Origin: Auanema rhodensis
Lineage: Eukaryota; Animalia; Nematoda
Direction of reading: 5' to 3'
Assembly (NCBI GenBank): GCA_964057225.1
Contig: OZ059897.1
Coordinates: forward strand, 372,001-436,000
Length of the DNA stretch: 64,000 bases
Shown: piece after piece, positions 55,101 through 64,000 of the stretch
How the letters are laid out: every line of letters starts with the position of its first letter
Numbering within the stretch: the stretch's first letter is position 1
The notes under the pieces: model-generated
What the model was told of the DNA's origin: nothing
Database searches by the model: none
What the model saw: the letters and a program-made list of their open reading frames with translations, nothing else
Program-made: the position numbers and the translations under genes

Positions 55101-57202
55101 CGTGAAGAATTAATTTTTTTGTTGAATAACAATGTCCATCGTCTTTGTCTTGAAAAAAGGAATCTAAAAACATCTACTTTTTGTGAAATTCTTTTGAAAT
55201 TTTTCGGGAAACTTTTTGTCAAAATGTTTTTGGAAGCAATGTTGAGTGTACATGGAAACTCAGCATACACTAATGCATCATTTTTCAAACGATCATAACT
55301 AATTTTTGTATTGAGCTTTTCTCAATGTAGTATAGTGCATTCGATGCGGATTTTTAAGCTGCGTCGATCTGTGTTATCAGATTTGCGCTAGCTTGAAAAT
55401 GCACCGAGATATCAACTGATATAGGTTCACACTTATATCCTCGATTTTCACCGTGAAGAATTAATTTTTTTGTTGAATAACATTGTCCATCGTCTTTGTC
55501 TTGAAAAAAGGAATCTAAAAACATCTACTTTTTGTGAAATTATTTTGAAATTTTTCGGGAAAATTTTTGTCAAAATGTTTTTGGAAGCATTGTTGAGTGT
55601 ACATGGAAACTCAACATACACTAATGCATCATTTTTCAAACGATCATAACTAATTTTTGTTGTGAGCGTTTCTTTATGTAGTATAGTGCATTCGATGCGG
55701 ATTTTTAAGCTGCGTCGATCTGTGTTATCAGATTTGCGCTAGCTTGAAAATGCACCGAGATATCAACTGATATAGGTTCACACTTATATCCTCGATTTTC
55801 ACCGTGAAGAATTAATTTTTTTGTTGAATAACAATGTCCATCGTCTTTGTCTTGAAAAAAGGAATCTAAAAACATCTACTTTTTGTGAAATTCTTTTGAA
55901 ATTTTTCGGGAAACTTTTTGTCAAAATGTTTTTGGAAGCAATGTTGAGTGTACATGGAAACTCAACATACACTAATGCATCATTTTTCAAACGATCATAA
56001 CTAATTTTTGTATTGAGCTTTTCTCAATGTAGTATAGTGCATTCGATGCGGATTTTTAAGCTGCGTCGATCTGTGTTATCAGATTTGCGCTAGCTTTAAA
56101 ATACACCGAGATATCAACTGATATAGGTTCACATTTATATCCTCGATTTTCACCGTGAAGAATTAATTTTTTTGTTGAATAACAATGTCCATCGTCTTTG
56201 TCTTGAAAAAAGGAATCTAAAAACATCTACTTTTTGTGAAATTATGTTGAAATTTTTCGGGAAACTTTTTGTCAAAATGTTTTTGGAAGCAATGTTGAGT
56301 GTACATGGAAACTCAACATACACTAATGCATCATTTTTCAAACGATCATAACTAATTTTTGTATTGAGCGTTTCTTAATGTAGTATAGTGCATTCGATGC
56401 GGATTTTTAAGCTGCGTCGATCTGTGTTATCAGATTTGCGCTAGCTTGAAAATGCACCGAGATATCAACTGATATAGGTTCACACTTATATCCTCGATTT
56501 TCACCGTGCAGAATTAATTTTTTTGTTGAATAACAATGTCCATCGTCTTTATCTTGAAAAAAGGAATCTAAAAACATCTACTTTTTGTGAAATTATTTTG
56601 AAATTTTTCGGGAAAATTTTTGTCAAAATGTTTTTGGAAGCAATGTTGAGTGTACATGGAAACTCAACATACACTAATGCATCATTTTTCAAACGATCAT
56701 AACTAATTTTTGTATTGAGCTTTTCTCAATGTAGTATAGTGCATTCGATGCGGATTTTTAAGCTGCGTCGATCTGTGTTATCAGATTTGCGCTAGCTTAA
56801 AATTGCACCGAGATATCAACTGATATAGGTTCACATTTATATCCTCGATTTTCACCGTGAAGAATTAATTTTTTTGTTGAATAACAATGTCCATCGTCTT
56901 TGTCTTGAAAAAAGGAATCTAAAAACATCTACTTTTTGTGAAATTATGTTGAAATTTTTCGGGAAACTTTTTGTCAAAATGTTTTTGGAAGCAATGTTGA
57001 GTGTACATGGAAACTCAACATACACTAATGCATCATTTTTCAAACGATCATAACTAATTTTTGTATTGAGCGTTTCTTAATGTAGTATAGTGCATTCGAT
57101 GCGGATTTTTAAGCTGCGTCGATCTGTGTTATCAGATTTGCGCTAGCTTGAAAATGCACCGAGATATCAACTGATATAGGTTCACACTTATATCCTCGAT
57201 TT
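43162..57202. repeat. Large tandem duplication: a 21-monomer block (43162-50533) followed by a 19-monomer copy (50534-57202)
   Basis: The order of monomer types is collinear. GAACTTATG occurs in monomers 44917 and 52289 (+7372). ACTCAGCAT (48427/55097), TTGTTGTGAG (48778/55448) and AAAATTGCAC (about 50134/56804) pair at +6670. The second copy lacks two monomers. Confidence 0.88.
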
Positions 57203-60200
57203 TCACCGTGCAGAATTAATTTTTTTGTTGAATAACAATGTCCATCGTCTTTATCTTGAAAAAAGGAATCTAAAAACATCTACTTTTTGTGAAATTATTT
57301 TGAAATTTTTCGGGAAAATTTTTGTCAAAATGTTTTTGGAAGCAATGTTGAGTGTACATGGAAACTCAATATACACTAATGCATCATTTTTCAAACGATC
57401 ATAACTAATTTTTGTATTGAGCGTTTCTCCATATAGTATAGTGCATTCGATGCGGATTTTTAAGCTGCGTCGATCTGTGTTATCAGATTTGCGCTAGCTT
57501 GAAAATGCACCGAGATATCAACTGATATAGGTTCACACTTATATCCTCGATTTTCACCGTGAAGAATTAATTTTTTTGTTGAATAACAATGTCCATCGTC
57601 TTTGTCTTGAAAAAAGGAATCTAAAAACATCTACTTTTTGTGAAATTATCTTGAAATTTTTCGGGAAAATTTTTGTCAAAATGTTTTTGGAAGCAATGTT
57701 GAGTGTACATGGAAACTCAACATACACTAATGCATCATTTTTCAAACGATCATAACTAATTTTTGTATTGAGTGTTTCTTAATGTAGTATAGTGCATTCG
57801 ATGCGGATTTTTAAGCTGGGTCGATCTGTGTTATCAGATTTGCGCTAGCTTAAAAATGCACCGAGATATCAACTGATATAGGTTCACATTTATATCCTCG
57901 ATTTTCACCGTGAAGAATTAATTTTTTTGTTGAATAACAATGTCCATCGTCTTTGTCTTGAAAAAAGGAATCTAAAAACATCTACTTTTTGTGAAATTAT
58001 GTTGAAATTTTTCGGGAAACTTTTTGTCAAAATGTTTTTGGAAGCAATGTTGAGTGTACATGGAAACTCAACATACACTAATGCATCATTTTTCAAACGA
58101 TCATAACTAATTTTTGTATTGAGCGTTTCTTAATGTAGTATAGTGCATTCGATGCGGATTTTTAAGCTGCGTCGATCTGTGTTATCAGATTTGCGCTAGC
58201 TTGAAAATGCACCGAGATATCAACTGATATAAGTTCACACTTATATCCTCGATTTTCACCGTGCAGAATTAATTTTTTTGTTGAATAACAATGTCCATCG
58301 TCTTTATCTTGAAAAAAGGAATCTAAAAACATCTACTTTTTGTGAAATTATCTTGAAATTTTTCGGGAAAATTTTTGTCAAAATGTTTTTGGAAGCAATG
58401 TTGAGTGTACATGGAAACTCAACATACACTAATGCATCATTTTTCAAACGATCATAACTAATTTTTGTATTGAGTGTTTCTTAATGTAGTATAGTGCATT
58501 CGATGCGGATTTTTAAGCTGGGTCGATCTGTGTTATCAGATTTGCGCTAGCTTAAAAATGCACCGAGATATCAACTGATATAGGTTCACATTTATATCCT
58601 CGATTTTCACCGTGAAGAATTAATTTTTTTGTTGAATAACAATGTCCATCGTCTTTGTCTTGAAAAAAGGAATCTAAAAACATCTACTTTTTGTGAAATT
58701 ATGTTGAAATTTTTCGGGAAACTTTTTGTCAAAATGTTTTTGGAAGCAATGTTGAGTGTACATGGAAACTCAACATACACTAATGCATCATTTTTCAAAC
58801 GATCATAACTAATTTTTGTATTGAGCGTTTCTTAATGTAGTATAGTGCATTCGATGCGGATTTTTAAGCTGCGTCGATCTGTGTTATCAGATTTGCGCTA
58901 GCTTGAAAATGCACCGAGATATCAACTGATATAAGTTCACACTTATATCCTCGATTTTCACCGTGCAGAATTAATTTTTTTGTTGAATAACAATGTCCAT
59001 CGTCTTTATCTTGAAAAAAGGAATCTAAAAACATCTACTTTTTGTGAAATTATTTTGAAATTTTTCGGGAAAATTTTTGTCAAAATGTTTTTGGAAGCAA
59101 TGTTGAGTGTACATGGAAACTCAACATACACTAATGCATCATTTTTCAAACAATCATAACTAATTTTCGTATTAAGCTTTTCTTAATGTAGTATAGTGCA
59201 TTCGATGCGGATTTTTAAGCTACGTCGATCTGTGTTATCAGATTTCCGCTGGCTTGAAGATGCACCGAGATATCAACTGATATAGGTTCACACTTATATC
59301 CTCGATTTTCACCGTGAAGAATTAATTTTTTTGTTGAATAACAATGTCCATCGTCTTTGTCTTGAAAAAAGGAATCTAAAAACATCTACTTTTTGTGAAA
59401 TTATGTTGAAATTTTTCGGGAAACTTTTTGTCAAAATGTTTTTGGAAGCAATGTTGAGTGTACATGGAAACTCAACATACACTAATGCATCATTTTTCAA
59501 ACGATCATAACTAATTTTTGTATTGAGTGTTTCTTAATGTAGTATAGTGCATTCGATGCGGATTTTTAAGCTGGGTCGATCTGTGTTATCAGATTTGCGC
59601 TAGCTTAAAAATGCACCGAGATATCAACTGATATAGGTTCACATTTATATCCTCGATTTTCACCGTGAAGAATTAATTTTTTTGTTGAATAACAATGTCC
59701 ATCGTCTTTGTCTTGAAAAAAGGAATCTAAAAACATCTACTTTTTGTGAAATTATGTTGAAATTTTTCGGGAAACTTTTTGTCAAAATGTTTTTGGAAGC
59801 AATGTTGAGTGTACATGGAAACTCAACATACACTAATGCATCATTTTTCAAACGATCATAACTAATTTTTGTATTGAGTGTTTCTTAATGTAGTATAGTG
59901 CATTCGATGCGGATTTTTAAGCTGGGTCGATCTGTGTTATCAGATTTGCGCTAGCTTGAAAATGCACCGAGATATCAACTGATATAAGTTCACACTTATA
60001 TCCTCGATTTTCACCGTGCAGAATTAATTTTTTTGTTGAATAACAATGTCCATCGTCTTTATCTTGAAAAAAGGAATCTAAAAAAAAAATCTACTTTTTG
60101 TGAAATTATTTTGAAATTTTTCGGGAAAATTTTTGTCAAAATGTTTTTGGAAGCAATGTTGAGTGTACATGGAAACTCAACATACACTAATGCATCATTT

Positions 60201-61339
60201 TTCAAACAATCATAACTAATTTTCGTATTAAGCTTTTCTTAATGTAGTATAGTGCATTCGATGCGGATTTTTAAGCTACGTCGATCTGTGTTATCAGATT
60301 TGCGCTGGCTTGAAGATGCACCGAGATATCAACTGATATAGGTTCACACTTATATCCTCGATTTTCACCGTGAAGAATTAATTTTTTTGTTGAATAACAA
60401 TGTCCATCGTCTTTGTCTTGAAAAAAGGAATCTAAAAACATCTACTTTTTGTGAAATTATTTTGAAATTTTTCGGGAAAATTTTTGTCAAAATGTTTTTG
60501 GAAGCAATGTTGAGTGTACATGGAAACTCAACATACACTAATGCATCATTTTTCAAACGATCATAACTAATTTTTGTATTGAGCGTTTTTTAATGTAGTA
60601 TAGTGCATTCGATGCGGATTTTTAAGCTGCGTCGATCTGTGTTATCAGATTTGCGCTAGCTTAAAAATGCACCGAGATATCAACTGATATAAGTTCACAC
60701 TTATATCCTCGATTTTCACCCTGAAGAATTAATTTTTTTGTTGAATAACAATGTCCATCGTCTTTGTCTTGAAAAAAGGAATCTAAAAACATCTACTTTT
60801 TGTGAAATTCTTTTGAAATTTTTCGGGAAACTTTTTGTCAAAATGTTTTTGGAAGCAATGTTGAGTGTACATGGAAACTCAACATACACTAATGCATCAT
60901 TTTTAGAACGATCATAACTAATTTTTGTATTGAGCGTTTCTCAATGTAGTATAGTGCATTCGATGCGGATTTTTAAGCTGCGTCGATCTGTGTTATCAGA
61001 TTTGCGCTAGCTTAAAAATGCACCGAGATATCAACTGATATAGGTTCACATTTATATCCTCGATTTTCACCGTGAAGAATTAATTTTTTTGTTGAATAAC
61101 AATGTCCATCGTCTTTGTCTTGAAAAAAGGAATCTAAAAACATCTACTTTTTGTGAAATTATGTTGAAATTTTTCGGGAAACTTTTTGTCAAAATGTTTT
61201 TGGAAGCAATGTTGAGTGTACATGGAAACTCAACATACACTAATGCATCATTTTTCAAACGATCATAACTAATTTTTTTATTGAGTGTTTCTTAATGTAG
61301 TATAGTGCATTCGATGCGGATTTTTAAGCTGGGTCGATC

Positions 61340-64000
61340 TGTGTTATCAGATTTGCGCTAGCTTAAAAATGCACCGAGATATCAACTGATATAGGTTCAC
61401 ATTTATATCCTCGATTTTCACCGTGAAGAATTAATTTTTTTGTTGAATAACAATGTCCATCGTCTTTGTCTTGAAAAAAGGAATCTGAAAACATCTACTT
61501 TTTGTGAAATTATTTTGAAATTTTTCGGGAAACTTTTTGTCAAAATGTTTTTGGAAGCAATGTTGAGTTTACATGGAAACTCAACATACACTAATGCATC
61601 ATTTTTCAAACGATCATAACTATTTTTTGTATTGAGTGTTTCTTAATGTAGTATAGTGCATTCGATGCGAATTTTTAAGCTGGGTCGATCTGTGTTATCA
61701 GATTTGCGCTAGCTTAAAAATGCACCGAGATATCAACTGATATAAGTTCACACTTATATCCTCGATTTTCACCCTGAAGAATTAATTTTTTTGTTGAATA
61801 ACAATGTCCATCGTCTTTGTCTTAAAAAAAGGAATCTAAAAACATCTACTTTTCTTGAAATTATGTTGAAATTTTTCGGGAAAATGTTTGTCAAAATGTT
61901 TTTGGAAGCAATGTTGAGTGTACATGGAAACTCAACATATACTAATGCATCATTTTTCAAACGATCATAACTAATTTTTGTATTGAGTGTTTCTTAATGT
62001 AGTATAGTGCATTCGATGCGGATTTTTAAGCTGGGTCGATCTGTGTTATCAGATTTGCGCTAGCTTAAAAATGCACCGAGATATCAACTGATATAAAGTT
62101 CACACTTATATCCTCGATTTTCACCGTGAAGAATTGATTTTTTTGTTAAATAACAATGTCCATCGTCTTTGTTTCGAAAAAAGGAATCTAAAAACTTCTA
62201 CTTTTTGTGAAATTATTTTGAAATTTTTCGGGAAAATTTTTGTCAAAATGTTTTTGGAAGCAATGTTGTGTGTACATGGAAACTCAACATACGCTAATGC
62301 ATCATTTTTCAAACGATCATAACTAATTTTTGTATTGAGTGTTTCCCAATGTAGTATAGTGCATTCGATGTGGATTTTTAAGCTGCGTCGATCTGTGTTA
62401 TCAGATTTGCGCTAGCTTAAAAATGCACCGAGATATCAACTGATATAGGTTCACACTTATATCCTCGATTTTCACCGTGAAGAATTAATTTTTTTGTTGA
62501 ATAACAATGTCCATCGTCTTTGTCTTGAAAAAAGTAATCTAAAAACATCTACTTTTTGTGAAATTATTTTGAAATTTTTCGGGAAACTTTTTGTCAAAAT
62601 GTTTTTGGAAGCAATGTTGAGTGTACATGGAAACTCAACATACACTAATGCATCATTTTTCAAACGATCATAACTAATTTTTGTATTGAGTGTTTCCCAA
62701 TGTAGTATAGTGCATTCGATGTGGATTTTTAAGCTGCGTCGATCTGTGTTATCAGATTTGCGCTAGCTTAAAAATGCACCGAGATATCAACTGATATAGG
62801 TTCACATTTATATCCTCGATTTTCACCGTGAAGAATTAATTTTTTTGTTGAATAACAATGTCCATCGTCTTTGTCTTGAAAAAAGGAATCTGAAAACATC
62901 TACTTTTTGTGAAATTATTTTGAAATTTTTCGGGAAACTTTTTGTCAAAATGTTTTTGGAAGCAATGTTGAGTTTACATGGAAACTCAACATACACTAAT
63001 GCATCATTTTTCAAACGATCATAACTATTTTTTGTATTGAGTGTTTCTTAATGTAGTATAGTGCATTCGATGCGAATTTTTAAGCTGGGTCGATCTGTGT
63101 TATCAGATTTGCGCTAGCTTAAAAATGCACCGAGATATCAACTGATATAAGTTCACACTTATATCCTCGATTTTCACCCTGAAGAATTAATTTTTTTGTT
63201 GAATAACAATGTCCATCGTCTTTGTCTTAAAAAAAGGAATCTAAAAACATCTACTTTTCGTGAAATTATGTTGAAATTTTTCGGGAAAATGTTTGTCAAA
63301 ATGTTTTTGGAAGCAATGTTGAGTGTACATGGAAACTCAACATATACTAATGCATCATTTTTCAAACGATCATAACTAATTTTTGTATTGAGTGTTTCTT
63401 AATGTAGTATAGTGCATTCGATGCGGATTTTTAAGCTGGGTCGATCTGTGTTATCAGATTTGCGCTAGCTTAAAAATGCACCGAGATATCAACTGATATA
63501 AAGTTCACACTTATATCCTCGATTTTCACCGTGAAGAATTGATTTTTTTGTTAAATAACAATGTCCATCGTCTTTGTTTCGAAAAAAGGAATCTAAAAAC
63601 TTCTACTTTTTGTGAAATTATTTTGAAATTTTTCGGGAAAATTTTTGTCAAAATGTTTTTGGAAGCAATGTTGTGTGTACATGGAAACTCAACATACGCT
63701 AATGCATCATTTTTCAAACGATCATAACTAATTTTTGTATTGAGTGTTTCCCAATGTAGTATAGTGCATTCGATGTGGATTTTTAAGCTGCGTCGATCTG
63801 TGTTATCAGATTTGCGCTAGCTTAAAAATGCACCGAGATATCAACTGATATAGGTTCACACTTATATCCTCGATTTTCACCGTGAAGAATTAATTTTTTT
63901 GTTGAATAACAATGTCCATCGTCTTTGTCTTGAAAAAAGTAATCTAAAAACATCTACTTTTTGTGAAATTATTTTGAAATTTTTCGGGAAACTTTTTGTC
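61340..64000. repeat. 4-monomer higher-order repeat (1405 bp) of more divergent monomers, second copy truncated by the window end
   Basis: Monomers 61418/62823, 61769/63174, 62121/63526 and 62472/63877 share private variants (GAGTTTACATG, AAAATGTTTG, TTGTTTCGAAA, AAAGTAATC, GATATAAAGTT). Confidence 0.9.

Larger units (their letters stand above)
1..64000. repeat. Tandem satellite DNA array, 351-bp AT-rich monomer, about 182 head-to-tail copies, running off both ends of the window
   Basis: The motif CATTGTCCATCGTC recurs at 1, 352 and 703. ORF-track starts step by exactly 351 bp (23156, 23507, 23858 and so on). No unique sequence or orientation switch was seen. Bases 1-351 contain 56 C and 55 G (about 31.6% GC). 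Confidence 0.99.
22951..64000. repeat. Satellite subfamily B domain (about 117 monomers)
   Basis: Monomers predominantly carry CACCGTG, TTTTTGTTGAAT, AACAATGTCC, TTTGTCTTG, TTTTTGTGAAATT, TTCGGGAAA and GATATAGGTT. There are about 10 near-fixed differences from A (roughly 3%). Confidence 0.95.

Noticed and set aside
23156-63717. About 100 near-identical 63-aa minus-strand ORFs (MKNDALVYVEFPC...) as a tandem gene family
   Set aside because: The initial M is a TTG codon (the 80-aa variant reads L at that position). The frame is closed throughout domain A and in several B monomers. Most variants change the amino acid, and I recognise no domain. The ORFs recur only because the monomer recurs.
769-63727. 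Sporadic 60-65 aa plus-strand ORFs (769, 22902, 60033, 62134, 63539) and the 80-aa ORF at 39302
   Set aside because: Each arises from a chance stop-codon loss, alternative start or indel in a single monomer.
1-64000. CRISPR array or other repeat-spacer system
   Set aside because: There are no unique spacers. The full 351 bp is repeated, and no cas or other genes are present.
1-64000. Assignment to a named satellite family (for example Drosophila 359-bp or beetle 340-360-bp satellites), or to 5S rDNA, tRNA or snRNA tandem arrays
   Set aside because: Only the length and AT-richness are similar. I recognise no sequence identity or RNA-gene motifs, so a database search is required.

Overview
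The whole 64 kb window is one uninterrupted head-to-tail tandem array of an AT-rich 351-bp monomer (about 182 copies, all in the same orientation, about 32% GC by hand count of bases 1-351). It looks like eukaryotic satellite DNA, probably (peri)centromeric or heterochromatic. I do not recognise the family or organism. I see no credible protein-coding gene, RNA gene, transposon or CRISPR array, and the roughly 100 listed 63-aa ORFs are an artefact of the repeat. The structure lies within the array. (i) Two homogenised subfamilies, A (1 to about 22.95 kb) and B (about 22.95 kb to the end), differ at about 10 near-fixed sites and meet at one in-register chimeric monomer. (ii) Nested, overlapping multi-monomer duplications (2-, 3-, 4-, 6-, 9-, 12- and 19/21-mers) form incipient higher-order repeats. 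(iii) Short foreign or A-like tracts sit inside B, one of them exactly at a 7.4-kb duplication junction. (iv) The monomer is rich in inverted repeats, and by my hand count its stem transitions mostly keep G·T(U) wobble pairing on the + strand. Counts and breakpoints were read by eye and need computational confirmation.
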